From assembly GCA_040402395.1 (NCBI GenBank), contig JBBAMQ010000002.1, forward strand, positions 37,376-101,375: a stretch of 64,000 bases of DNA. The letters run 5' to 3'. Shown piece after piece: positions 43,044 through 52,313 of this stretch. Made by a program: the position numbers and the translations under genes. The DNA is from Candidatus Nanopelagicaceae bacterium. Its GTDB lineage: Bacteria; Actinomycetota; Actinomycetes; Nanopelagicales; Nanopelagicaceae. Within the stretch, counting starts at the first letter, position 1. Every line of letters begins with the position of its first letter. Under the pieces are notes generated by a model. That model saw nothing but the letters and a program-made list of their open reading frames with translations, did not search any database and had not been told where the DNA came from.

Positions 43044-43743
43044 GTCCGCCTCCTTTCTTCATCAGCTCCAATTGCGATTCTTGCAGATAGGGGCTCTGCT
43101 TTCGCTCGCGCCCAATTGTAGTTACTGGACCATGTCCGGGAAGAACATTTAGCCCGTCATCCAGTGTTAAAACCTTGGTGGCGAGAGTCTGCGCCATCAT
43201 GGCGGCAGAACCCGTCGGAAGGTCAGTACGGCCTATCCCATTGTTAAAAAGAACATCGCCCGAGATCAGATATTCGTTATCGACGACAAACATCGCCGAT
43301 CCCTGAGTATGTCCAGGCGCATGAATAGTTTCAATCTCAAAACCCGCTAACGAAAATCGCTCTCCACCCTCGAACTCCCGGAGATCTGCTGGCTCTTCAA
43401 ATGAAGTGACGCCAAATCGAGCCATAATTGCTGCGCTCTCACCGCCCTGATCGAGTGCCAAAAAAGGATTTCGAAGCAATTTACGATCGCGGCTCTGAAT
43501 AAATGTCGGAACCCCATACTCCTTTGAAAAAGGCAGGACAGAGAAAGTGTGATCGAGATGGCCATGAGTGATGAGGGTTGCGATCGGCTTCAGACCATAA
43601 CGCCGTAAGACCTCGCTCACTGCGCCAACGATCGATGGTGCCGTGATACCCGGGTCAACAATGAAACACTCTGAATTCTTGCTCGGGGCGAAGATCCAGC
43701 AATTGGTCCCAAAAGCTTGAGCTACGACTACTTCAAGAATCAT
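43036..43743 (-). CDS. MBL-fold metallo-hydrolase (glyoxalase II-like)
   Basis: ITHGHLDH metal motif, and HAPGHTQGS. Conserved partner upstream of hisS in actinobacteria. GGAGG Shine-Dalgarno sequence. Confidence 0.8.
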   Translation of the reverse strand: MILEVVVAQAFGTNCWIFAPSKNSECFIVDPGITAPSIVGAVSEVLRRYGLKPIATLITHGHLDHTFSVLPFSKEYGVPTFIQSRDRKLLRNPFLALDQGGESAAIMARFGVTSFEEPADLREFEGGERFSLAGFEIETIHAPGHTQGSAMFVVDNEYLISGDVLFNNGIGRTDLPTGSAAMMAQTLATKVLTLDDGLNVLPGHGPVTTIGRERKQSPYLQESQLELMKKGGGRE

Positions 43744-43922
43744 CTAAGCCCCCTCCAGTGAGCGCAATGGAGGCTCAAGCGGCACTTTCGTGCCACGAAG
43801 GTTTAAGGGTACCTTTAACTCCCTCAAGGTCCTTGCCATCGTGACGGCGGCGTGGAACCGAGAAACCAGCAACCGATAACGAAAAGTCTTTCGAGACCTA
43901 CGCGCAACAATTAGGAGTAATC

Positions 43923-45209
43923 ATGGAGCTAGCTACCTCACCAGCATCGGCACTGATCGGTGACCCAGCCCAATTCGGCAGAGTCGCAGAAGATGGCACA
44001 GTCTTTGTTCTCACCCCCGAAGGTGAACGTGCGGTCGGTTCATACCCAGGGAAAAGCCCCGAAGAAGCTCTCTCCTACTTTGTCCGCAAATTTGAAGCCC
44101 TCGCATCTGAAGTGGCCTTGTTGGCGGCGCGGATCAAAAGTGGTGCGATGGTTCCTGATGATGCGATCCTCGCGGTAGCAAAGCTTCGTGAACAGGTTTC
44201 ACTTCTCAACGGTGTCGGCGACCTCGCCACATTGGCACAATCGGTCGAACAGATCCCCAACCTGATCGAGGGACACAAAGCTGCCTATGAAACGAAGTTA
44301 GCGGAAGAAAAATTGGCAAAGGAGACCAAACGTCTCGCTGCACTCGAGATCAAAGAGAAGTTGGTGACCGAGGCCGAGTTGCTAGCGCTCTCCGAAAGTT
44401 GGAAATCTACTTCTGAGCGACTCAAGATACTCTTGGATGAATGGAAGGCCGCTCCCCGCCTCGACAAAAAGAGTGATACCGACCTCTGGAAGCGATTCTC
44501 ATCATCCCGAAACAAATTCGATAAACGTCGTCGTACTCATTTCGCAGCACTTGAAGCAGCAACCACGATTGTTATTGCTCGAAAGCAGTCGATCATTGAT
44601 GAGGCGCTCTCTTTGGTGAACTCAAGAGAGTGGATTCCAACCGCAAATCGATTTAAAGCGCTTATGGCTGATTGGAAAACCTCTGGTCACGGGAAGCGAA
44701 ATATTGATACGAAGATGTGGGAGCAATTTAAGGCGGCACAAGATCAATTCTTCCTCGCGAAAAATAGCGATCTGGAGAAGCGCCAACGGACAATGAGTGA
44801 GAATTTACAGAAGCGTGAAGAACTAATTGCGCTCGCTGAGGCTTTATTGCCAGTATCGGATCTCAAGGCCGCTCGTAAAAATTTCAGCGAACTCTCCGAA
44901 AAGTGGTTCAAGATTGGTATGACAGAACGAAGCAAGCGCGCTGCACTTGATCATCGTTTCGAGAAGGTCGAGAGTGAAATCTCTGACCTGCAAGCATCGC
45001 ACGAGCGGCGGAGCGATCCAACTGCGATTGCACATGCCAATAACATAATCACTGGACTACAAGAAGCCATAGAAAATTACGAAAAGCAGGCCGCCAAGGC
45101 CGAAGCAGCCGGCAACGCGGCTAAAGCTATGGTCGCTCGGGAGGCGGCAGCGGCCCGTCGTGGCTGGCTGGCCGAGGCCCAAAAGGGCGCAATGAATCTT
45201 GGAAAATAA
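43923..45209 (+). CDS. DUF349 domain-containing protein
   Basis: Repeated helical units of the form DLWKRFSSSRNKFDKRRR / KMWEQFKAAQDQFF typical of DUF349. AGGAG Shine-Dalgarno sequence 7 nt upstream. Confidence 0.8.
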   Translation: MELATSPASALIGDPAQFGRVAEDGTVFVLTPEGERAVGSYPGKSPEEALSYFVRKFEALASEVALLAARIKSGAMVPDDAILAVAKLREQVSLLNGVGDLATLAQSVEQIPNLIEGHKAAYETKLAEEKLAKETKRLAALEIKEKLVTEAELLALSESWKSTSERLKILLDEWKAAPRLDKKSDTDLWKRFSSSRNKFDKRRRTHFAALEAATTIVIARKQSIIDEALSLVNSREWIPTANRFKALMADWKTSGHGKRNIDTKMWEQFKAAQDQFFLAKNSDLEKRQRTMSENLQKREELIALAEALLPVSDLKAARKNFSELSEKWFKIGMTERSKRAALDHRFEKVESEISDLQASHERRSDPTAIAHANNIITGLQEAIENYEKQAAKAEAAGNAAKAMVAREAAAARRGWLAEAQKGAMNLGK

Positions 45210-45215
45210 CGTCCG

Positions 45216-47408
45216 TTAATTATTTGTAACACGATAGACGTCATACACACCGGTAACACTTCGTACCGCGCTGAGCACTACCTCAAGGTGCGATGCATCT
45301 GCCATCTCGAAGGTGAAGCGCGACAAAGCAACGCGGTCCTTATTTGTACTGACCGCAGCATTGAGAATATTTACATGTTGATCCGACAGCGTACGAGTCA
45401 GGTCTGAGAGCAATCGGGCACGATCGAGCGCCTCGACTTGGATATTTACTAAGAAGAGAGTTTTGGCACTGGAATTCCAACGCACGACTACTAGCCGATC
45501 ACCCTGATTCTCCCGCAGATCGATAATGTGAGTGCAGTCCGATCGGTGCACCGAAACACCACTCCCCCGAGTAACAAATCCAGTAATTTCATCCCCCGGT
45601 ACAGGTGTGCAGCAGCGAGCCAGCTTCACCAGTAAATCTTCCATGCCCTCCACATCAACACCAGAAGTACTTCGCTTTACTGTCGTTGAGTGAGCGACAA
45701 AAACCTCATCCTGGGGCTCTTGTGCAAAACTTTGACTGCTCTCTAACGCGCTCGCAAGTTTTTCTACGATTGAGGCCGAGGAGACATGGCCATTCCCAAC
45801 CGAGGCATATAGCGATTCAATATCGGGATAGTGCAGCTCATGGGAGAGCTCCAAGAGCGCCTGTCCGGCAAGAATCTTCTGGAGGGGAAGACCGGCTTTG
45901 CGCATCTGCCTCGCAATCGACTCCTGCCCGGCTTCGATAGCTTCCTCGCGGCGCTCTTTTGAAAACCAGGCCTTAATCTTTGAACGGGCCCGTTGCGATT
46001 TTACAAAGTTAATCCAATCTCGACTTGGAGCCGCATTAGGATTCTTATTTGTGACGACTTCAACGACATCGCCATTCGCTAACGCTGATTCCAACGGCAC
46101 AAGTTTGCCATTCACCTTCGCGCCTACGCAGCGGTAACCGACTTCAGTGTGTACCGCGAATGCGAAGTCGATGGGAGTCGAACCTGCTGGCAGTGCGATG
46201 ACAGAACCCTTAGGCGTGAAGACAAAGACCTCAGGGGTCTGCAAGTCGAATCTAAGAGTGTCAAGGAAATCACCGACATCCTCACTCTCCTGCTGCCACT
46301 CGTGTAATTGTTTGAGCCATAACATCTCCGGACCATGAACCGGGTCAGCACCCTGAGATTTGTACTTCCAATGGGCTGCGATTCCATACTCGGCACGCGA
46401 ATGCATATCAAAAGTTCGGATCTGGATTTCGACCGCCTTGCCATTCGGTCCAATAACCGTTGTATGCAAGGACTGGTATAAATTGAATTTAGGCATCGCA
46501 ATATAATCTTTAAACCGTCCGGGGATTGGATTCCATCTGGAGTGAATAGAACCCAGCACCGCATAGCAATCTCGAACATCATCAACGAGAACACGTATTC
46601 CAACAAGGTCATAAATATCATTAAATTCGCGCTCACGGACAACCATCTTCTGGTAAACGCTATAAAAATGCTTCTGACGCCCCGTTACCTTTGCCTTGAT
46701 TCCTTCGGTAAGTAAATCCTCATTGACCGCCGCTACGACCTCCTGGGTAAGCGCATCTCTGGATGGCGAGCGCTCTTGAACCAGCCTTTCAATTTCCTCA
46801 AACTTCTTTGGTTCTAAGATCGCAAAAGACAAGTCCTCTAACTCCCATTTGATCGCATTCATGCCAAGGCGATGAGCTAGCGGTGCGTAAATATCAAGTG
46901 TCTCCCGCGCCTTACGTAGCGCGCTCTCTACTGGCACGAATTTCCAGGTGCGAGCATTATGTAACCGGTCCGCTAACTTGATCACAAGCACTCGGACATC
47001 CTTCGACATTGCGATCACCATTTTACGGAGTGTTTCGGCCTCAGCCGTTGGACCGTAAATCAGTTTGTCTAATTTCGTTACACCATCAACAAGCGCGGCA
47101 ACCTCCACTCCGAAGCTACGTTTAAGCTCAGCCAAGCTGTAGCCAGTATCTTCAATCGTGTCATGCAAGAGCGCAGCCGCTATTGTTGCAAGGTCTAGAC
47201 CCAAATCAGCCAATATCTCAGCCACCGCGACCGGATGGGTGATGTAGGCATCGCCCGACTTTCGCATCTGGCCTTCATGCTTGCTCTTTGCCACCGCGAA
47301 AGCAGAAATTAAGCCTTCAATCTTTGCATCAGGGTGGTGAAGTAAAACCTTCTCGGCGAGCACAACGAGTAAAGGATCGAGCTCTTGATTTCCGTGAGTG
47401 ATCGGCAT
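45216..47408 (-). CDS. rel: bifunctional (p)ppGpp synthetase/hydrolase (RelA/SpoT homologue)
   Basis: HD domain (HPVAVAEIL..LHDTIEDT), synthetase domain (YQSLHTTV), and TGS and ACT C-terminal domains. Confidence 0.95.
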   Translation of the reverse strand: MPITHGNQELDPLLVVLAEKVLLHHPDAKIEGLISAFAVAKSKHEGQMRKSGDAYITHPVAVAEILADLGLDLATIAAALLHDTIEDTGYSLAELKRSFGVEVAALVDGVTKLDKLIYGPTAEAETLRKMVIAMSKDVRVLVIKLADRLHNARTWKFVPVESALRKARETLDIYAPLAHRLGMNAIKWELEDLSFAILEPKKFEEIERLVQERSPSRDALTQEVVAAVNEDLLTEGIKAKVTGRQKHFYSVYQKMVVREREFNDIYDLVGIRVLVDDVRDCYAVLGSIHSRWNPIPGRFKDYIAMPKFNLYQSLHTTVIGPNGKAVEIQIRTFDMHSRAEYGIAAHWKYKSQGADPVHGPEMLWLKQLHEWQQESEDVGDFLDTLRFDLQTPEVFVFTPKGSVIALPAGSTPIDFAFAVHTEVGYRCVGAKVNGKLVPLESALANGDVVEVVTNKNPNAAPSRDWINFVKSQRARSKIKAWFSKERREEAIEAGQESIARQMRKAGLPLQKILAGQALLELSHELHYPDIESLYASVGNGHVSSASIVEKLASALESSQSFAQEPQDEVFVAHSTTVKRSTSGVDVEGMEDLLVKLARCCTPVPGDEITGFVTRGSGVSVHRSDCTHIIDLRENQGDRLVVVRWNSSAKTLFLVNIQVEALDRARLLSDLTRTLSDQHVNILNAAVSTNKDRVALSRFTFEMADASHLEVVLSAVRSVTGVYDVYRVTNN

Positions 47409-47435
47409 CGCTATTTCGAATCACTGCTCATCGCT

Positions 47436-48521
47436 CTACTGGCTTGAACGTCGGCCAGGTCTCCTCTTAGGCTGATTGCGTGGTCCGCGCTCGTGTGCAT
47501 CCTTTGAATGAGTAGAGGTAATAACGCCAGCAGTATTCTTATCGACCGATTGCTCGGCAGAACCTCCACGCATATTCACGCGCTTGGCCAATGCGATCAT
47601 CGCCGGTTCCCGCTCACGCAACGTTGCAAGGAGCGGCGTTGCGATAAAGATCGAAGAGTACGAACCAGTTGCAAGCCCGATAAAGAGCGCCAAGGAGAGG
47701 TCCTTAAGCGTTCCAGCTCCGAGTAGGCCTGCACCTACGAAGAGAATTGAGGCGACAGGAAGTAAGGCGATGATAGAGGTGTTAAAAGAGCGAACTAGAG
47801 TCTGATTGACTGCGAGGTTGGCCGCTTGCGAATAGCTCTGCTTGGCGGTTGACGTTATGCCCTTTGTATTTTCTCGAACTTTATCGAAGACGACCACGGT
47901 GTCATAGAGTGAATAACCGAGAATAGTGAGAAAACCAATCACTGTCGCCGGCGTGACATCAAAACCAACAAGCGCATAGATTCCAACGGTGATGAAGACA
48001 TCGTGAATAACCGCAACGATCGCAGAAACCGCCATCTTCGGTTCGAAGGCCATCGCAAGATAGAGCATCACAACGATCAAGAAGCCGAATAAGCCATATG
48101 TGGCCTTATGAGTGATTTCCTTACCCCACGATGGCCCAACTGTTTGAATATCGATATTCGCGGCCTCGACGCTAAATGTTTTTGCCAGCGCGGTACGAGC
48201 TGCCGAAATAGTTGACTGTGGCAGGTCTGTAGTCTGAAGGCGTAACTTGTTTGTGCCTATTTTTTGGACGATCGATTGGGTAGTTATGCCAGCGCTCGTG
48301 AGTGCGCCCTGACCCTGTGCGACATTTACACCCGCGGATTGAACGGTGAAGACCGAACCACCCTTAAATTCGATTCCAAGTTTGAGGCCCTGTGTCCCGA
48401 GTGCTATCGCGGAAACAATAATAAGAAGGCCAGAGAAGGCGTACCACCGCTTCTTTTTGGCAATGAACTCAATCGATGTTTCGCCGCGGTAGAGGCGGCC
48501 TCCGATTCCTGAAAGTGCCAT
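47436..48521 (-). CDS. secF: protein translocase subunit SecF
   Basis: GIEFKGGS, and an SSD-type 6-TM domain with GYSLYDTVVVFDKVRE. Confidence 0.9.
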   Translation of the reverse strand: MALSGIGGRLYRGETSIEFIAKKKRWYAFSGLLIIVSAIALGTQGLKLGIEFKGGSVFTVQSAGVNVAQGQGALTSAGITTQSIVQKIGTNKLRLQTTDLPQSTISAARTALAKTFSVEAANIDIQTVGPSWGKEITHKATYGLFGFLIVVMLYLAMAFEPKMAVSAIVAVIHDVFITVGIYALVGFDVTPATVIGFLTILGYSLYDTVVVFDKVRENTKGITSTAKQSYSQAANLAVNQTLVRSFNTSIIALLPVASILFVGAGLLGAGTLKDLSLALFIGLATGSYSSIFIATPLLATLREREPAMIALAKRVNMRGGSAEQSVDKNTAGVITSTHSKDAHERGPRNQPKRRPGRRSSQ

Positions 48522-50086
48522 TAGAGCGAATCCTTTCCTTCGACTGTTACCACACCCAAGCTATGGGCTGAAAACCCAGAGAATCGATGCCCATTGGCAT
48601 AGAAACCAACTCGAGAGAGGATTGTGAGAAGTGGCTTGGTAAAGAAGAAGACGACGATCAAGTCAACAAAAGTTGTCAACCCAAGAGTGAAGGCAAATCC
48701 CCGCACTCCACCGACAGCAAAGAAGTAAAGCAGCGAGGCGGCGATTAATGAGACGAAATCGGCAACCAGGATCGTTCGGCGTGCTCGTACCCAACCGGTC
48801 TCTACTGCAGTCCGAAGTGAGCGCCCATCTCGAACCTCATCGCGGAGACGTTCGAAGTAGACAATAAATGAGTCGGCAGTGATTCCGATCGAGACGATAG
48901 CTCCAGCAATACCGGCAAGAGTAAGCGTGAATCCGATCCATTTTGCGAGAAGTAAGAATGAGAGGAAGGTTATTGAGCCCGCAACAATGAGCGAACCCAC
49001 AGAGACGAGTCCTAAGCCACGGTAATAGAGAAGGGAGTAAAGAACTACCAAAATGAGCCCAATTAATCCAGCTAGGAGACCAGCATGCAACTGGTCAGCA
49101 CCAAGCGTGGGCGAGATCTGATTAATCTCTTGGACTGAAAGTGCTAACGGCAATGCTCCATACTTCAATTTATTTGCAAGATCAGTAGCACCCGTCTGGC
49201 TGAAACTTCCACTTATCTGGGCAGAACCAGAATTAATCGCTTCATTAATTCTCGGTGCACTGACAACAAGGCCATCGAGAACAATTGCTGCCTGATTTCT
49301 CGGAGCTGGCAAAGCCGTGACACGTGTGGTCATCTTTCCAAAATCATTTGTGCCGGCGCCATTGAAACTGAGCAGAACCATCCAGCCATTGCCATTTGTA
49401 TTATCCAGAACAGCGCTCGCCTTTGAAACCTGATTTCCTTCTACTTCGGCCGGAGCCAAGATATATTTCGATCCACCATCGCGTGAACATGAGACGAGTG
49501 CTTGAGTTGGATCATCGATGGCGCCACCTTGTCGATTTGCTGCAATGGTGCAATCCGTACTTTTGAAGAGCGCATCAAGCGCTGGTGTTACTCCAAAAGG
49601 AAGGGTTGCGGTGGCGGGCGTGGCCACTTTTTTTCCGTTCTTCGCAGTTGTTGTTCCCGTGGCGGTCGATAGCGAAGTTGTAGCAGCGTTTCCGGCTCCA
49701 ACAGCGAGCACAGCACGGAAGCGAAGTTGTGCGGTTGCGCCTACAAGGTCAACAACGCGGCTACTCGAATTTCCTGGAACCGAGACGATGATGTCACCAT
49801 TGCTTTGCGAAGAGACTTCGCTCTCGGCTACGCCGAGTGAGTTGACGCGTTGACGAATAATCGCGACCGCTTGGTCCACCGCTGATTGAGCGGCCTTCCC
49901 ACCATTAATGACTTTGGGGGCGAGGGTCACACTCGTACCGCCTCGAAGATCGAGACCTAACTTCAGCTTCGTATCCCCCTGGAAGATCGCTAGCGCCGCA
50001 AAGGCGACGAGAATAACAAGTAGCGAAGCGAGAGTCCGGCCCGATTTGGCGGTCTTCTTGGTGGCTTTAGAAATATTTGCAGACAT
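48521..50086 (-). CDS. secD: protein translocase subunit SecD
   Basis: LGLDLRGGTSV, a periplasmic domain, and ITADSFIVYFERLRDE. TAATG junction with secF. Confidence 0.9.
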   Translation of the reverse strand: MSANISKATKKTAKSGRTLASLLVILVAFAALAIFQGDTKLKLGLDLRGGTSVTLAPKVINGGKAAQSAVDQAVAIIRQRVNSLGVAESEVSSQSNGDIIVSVPGNSSSRVVDLVGATAQLRFRAVLAVGAGNAATTSLSTATGTTTAKNGKKVATPATATLPFGVTPALDALFKSTDCTIAANRQGGAIDDPTQALVSCSRDGGSKYILAPAEVEGNQVSKASAVLDNTNGNGWMVLLSFNGAGTNDFGKMTTRVTALPAPRNQAAIVLDGLVVSAPRINEAINSGSAQISGSFSQTGATDLANKLKYGALPLALSVQEINQISPTLGADQLHAGLLAGLIGLILVVLYSLLYYRGLGLVSVGSLIVAGSITFLSFLLLAKWIGFTLTLAGIAGAIVSIGITADSFIVYFERLRDEVRDGRSLRTAVETGWVRARRTILVADFVSLIAASLLYFFAVGGVRGFAFTLGLTTFVDLIVVFFFTKPLLTILSRVGFYANGHRFSGFSAHSLGVVTVEGKDSL

Positions 50087-50097
50087 AAGACGGAAGT

Positions 50098-51159
50098 CTA
50101 GGCATCTAAGCTCGGTGTGTCGAAAAGGTTTGGAGTATCTGCCCCTAGCGTGGCTAGCGTGGCTAGCGTGGCTGGCGGGGTAAGACCGAGATGTAGCCAG
50201 CCCGCCGCCGTTGCTACTCGCCCACGAGGAGTCCGAGCGATGAAGCCCATTCGAAGAAGAAAGGGCTCTGCCAAGCTCTCAATTGTCTCAGCCTCCTCCC
50301 CTAACGACATTGCAAGGGTCGAAAGGCCGACAGGTCCGCCCGTAAAGCGCTTAATGAGCACCTCAAGGAATGAACGATCGAGTCGATCCAAGCCAATCTC
50401 ATCCACCTCATACATTGTGAGAGCCGCTCTTGTATCGCTCAGTGAGATGGAACTATCGCCATACACTTCTGAGTAATCACGAACTCGACGTAATAACCGG
50501 TTCGCAACACGAGGTGTTCCACGAGAACGCGAACCAATTTCCTCGATCGAATCCGGGGTTATCGAAATTCCCAGAAGCCCTGCACTTCGTTCAACGATAC
50601 GAGAGATCTCAGAACTTTTGTAGTAATCCAATTGAGCGGTAAATCCGAAGCGGTCACGTAATGGGCTGGGCAGTAGTCCAGCTCTCGTTGTTGCACCGAT
50701 TAAAGTGAAGTGTGGAAGTTGCAACGGTATCGCGGTTGCACCCGCTCCTTTTCCGACGATGATATCGACACGGAAATCCTCCATCGCTAAATACAACATC
50801 TCTTCTGCCGGACGAGACATTCTGTGAATCTCATCTAAAAAGAGAATTTCGCCTTCACTCAGAGAAGAGAGAATCGCAGCCAGATCTCCCGCGTGCTGAA
50901 TGGCTGGTCCACTTGTTACGCGAATAGGGGCCTTCATCTCAGCCGCAATAATGAGAGCGAGCGTCGTCTTCCCTAAACCGGGCGGGCCGGAGAGAAGTAC
51001 GTGATCGGCCGATGAACCCCGAGAGCGCGCCGCCCTTAAGAGAAGATCGATTTGATTAGCGACTCTCGCCTGCCCAACAAATTCTTGAAGGTCATGTGGC
51101 CGAAGCGCTAACTCTTGGTTCCGTTCCTCATCGTCGCTGGAGGCGCGTGCGATGCTCAT
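50098..51159 (-). CDS. ruvB: Holliday junction branch-migration ATPase RuvB
   Basis: [29 protein letters not shown], and GATTRAG. The ATG at 51159 forms an ATGA overlap with the ruvA stop. There is a C-terminal tail of about 35 aa that carries the ATL repeat. Confidence 0.95.
   Translation of the reverse strand: MSIARASSDDEERNQELALRPHDLQEFVGQARVANQIDLLLRAARSRGSSADHVLLSGPPGLGKTTLALIIAAEMKAPIRVTSGPAIQHAGDLAAILSSLSEGEILFLDEIHRMSRPAEEMLYLAMEDFRVDIIVGKGAGATAIPLQLPHFTLIGATTRAGLLPSPLRDRFGFTAQLDYYKSSEISRIVERSAGLLGISITPDSIEEIGSRSRGTPRVANRLLRRVRDYSEVYGDSSISLSDTRAALTMYEVDEIGLDRLDRSFLEVLIKRFTGGPVGLSTLAMSLGEEAETIESLAEPFLLRMGFIARTPRGRVATAAGWLHLGLTPPATLATLATLGADTPNLFDTPSLDA
50146..50172. repeat. perfect 9-bp tandem repeat (CTAGCGTGG x3, plus a degenerate fourth copy) inside the ruvB 3' end
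   Basis: Read directly from the sequence: ctagcgtgg ctagcgtgg ctagcgtgg ctggcgggg. It encodes (ATL)3 in the RuvB C-terminal tail. Confidence 0.9.
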
Positions 51160-51749
51160 GATCGACGACCGCGCAACTGCAATGCACATTTCAAAAGGGA
51201 TTCAACTGAATCAGTTGAAGCGTCGGGGCGCTCAGCCGCAACGCCAGCGATCGCTTCAAACGATTCCTTTGCGGTGAAGCCGAGGGATAGGAGCGCCTCG
51301 TTTAATTGGTCACGCCATGTCTGCGGCAGTGTTGGGTTGAACCCAACTCCAGGTTGTACCTTCTCTTTCAACTCCAAGATCAATCGTTGGGCGCCTTTTT
51401 TGCCGAGTCCCGATATTTTTTCCAGGGTCTGGGTATCGCCGCCGAAAATGGCGGCTAGTAATTGCGGTGTTTCGTAAACGTTGAGCGCAGATTGAGCAAC
51501 CTTTGGCCCGATACCCGTAACAGTCTGCAAAAGTTCAAAGAGTTCTCGATCCTCGCTCCGTTCAAATCCATACAAGGTGAGAGCATCTTCCCGAACAAGG
51601 AGGGTTGTATGAAGGGAGCTCACACGACCTATTGAAAGTGAGGCAGCTAATCGTGGTGCGACATAAACCAAGATTCCCACTCCCCCAACCTCGATAACAA
51701 TCGAGGAGAGTCCGACTGATTTAACTAAGCCAGTTAAGGATGCGATCAC
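51156..51749 (-). CDS. ruvA: Holliday junction DNA helicase subunit RuvA
   Basis: [10 protein letters not shown]-terminus, and HhH motifs ([21 protein letters not shown]). The GTG at 51749 forms a GTGA overlap with the ruvC stop. The track extends to 51824. Confidence 0.9.
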   Translation of the reverse strand: MIASLTGLVKSVGLSSIVIEVGGVGILVYVAPRLAASLSIGRVSSLHTTLLVREDALTLYGFERSEDRELFELLQTVTGIGPKVAQSALNVYETPQLLAAIFGGDTQTLEKISGLGKKGAQRLILELKEKVQPGVGFNPTLPQTWRDQLNEALLSLGFTAKESFEAIAGVAAERPDASTDSVESLLKCALQLRGRRS

Positions 51750-52282
51750 GAGGCGACCACCTCTATACGCTTCTTCTCCTTGAGCAGTGCCGCTGCAATT
51801 CGGGCATCGCCAGTGCCACGCCATAAGTGACAGATCGCTAATGCGAGGGCGTCAGTGCTATCGACTGGCTTAGGAATCTCTTCCAATTTCAAAATACTTT
51901 GAACCATCTTCGCTACTTGCTTTTTATCGGCGCGTCCCGAACCTGTCACTGCAGCTTTAACCTCGGTGGGTGTGTGCATAACAACAGGAATCCCACGTCT
52001 CGCCGCAAGAACCAAAGCCACACCCGCCGCCTGCGCGGTAGACATAGCTGATTTCACATTCAACTGCGAGAAAACACGTTCCACCGCAATCACATCGGGG
52101 TGATATCTATCAATCCAGTGAGCGAGCTCTTTATCGAGTTCTAGTAATCGCAATTCCAGGGGTAACTCTGGCGATGTTTTGATGACGCCAACGCCAAGCA
52201 TGACTAAATTTTGGTGAGAGATATTTTCAACAATGCCCACACCACACCTGGTGAGACCAGGATCTACGCCGAGAACTTTCAC
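51746..52282 (-). CDS. ruvC: crossover junction endodeoxyribonuclease RuvC
   Basis: VLGVDPGLTRCG, and the catalytic E and D residues (AVERVF, DALALA). GTG start. Confidence 0.9.
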   Translation of the reverse strand: MKVLGVDPGLTRCGVGIVENISHQNLVMLGVGVIKTSPELPLELRLLELDKELAHWIDRYHPDVIAVERVFSQLNVKSAMSTAQAAGVALVLAARRGIPVVMHTPTEVKAAVTGSGRADKKQVAKMVQSILKLEEIPKPVDSTDALALAICHLWRGTGDARIAAALLKEKKRIEVVAS

Positions 52283-52313
52283 CTCACTAGCCTAGTGAAA
52301 GGCAGGCGCTCCC

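Noticed and set aside
43767-43844. A 25-codon ORF (MEAQAALSCHEGLRVPLTPSRSLPS) in the 179-nt intergenic region.
   Set aside because: It has no Shine-Dalgarno sequence and no recognisable peptide features, and it overlaps the hairpins that are better explained as RNA or DNA structure.
43744-43922. Calling the hisS/aspS leader a T-box riboswitch. I noticed GGUACC, UGGC and a GAC triplet in a small loop.
   Set aside because: The conserved T-box sequence (..GGGUGGNACCGCG..) is not present; the match is only AGGUACC, which lacks the UGG needed to pair with the tRNA NCCA end. No credible Stem I or specifier loop could be drawn by hand. I kept it only as a generic structured-leader finding.
46124-46642. 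A 172-aa same-strand alternative-frame ORF inside rel.
   Set aside because: It has no motifs, it is out of frame within the conserved synthetase domain, and it has no independent Shine-Dalgarno or start context. It looks like a frame artefact.
50146-50181. The tandem repeat as a mini-CRISPR or mobile-element end.
   Set aside because: The units are 9 bp, contiguous with no spacers, in frame within ruvB, and there are no cas or transposase genes anywhere in the window.
50098-50200. The possibility that the RuvB C-terminal extension or the SecD N-terminus hides a fused YajC.
   Set aside because: The RuvB tail ([26 protein letters not shown]) has no transmembrane segment, and SecD begins with its normal signal-anchor. 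Neither shows any YajC-like sequence.
52284-52298. Interpreting the ruvC-proximal palindrome as a LexA SOS box.
   Set aside because: TCACTAGCCTAGTGA does not match the actinobacterial LexA consensus TCGAAC-N4-GTTCGA in either sequence or spacing. I reported it only as an unassigned palindrome.
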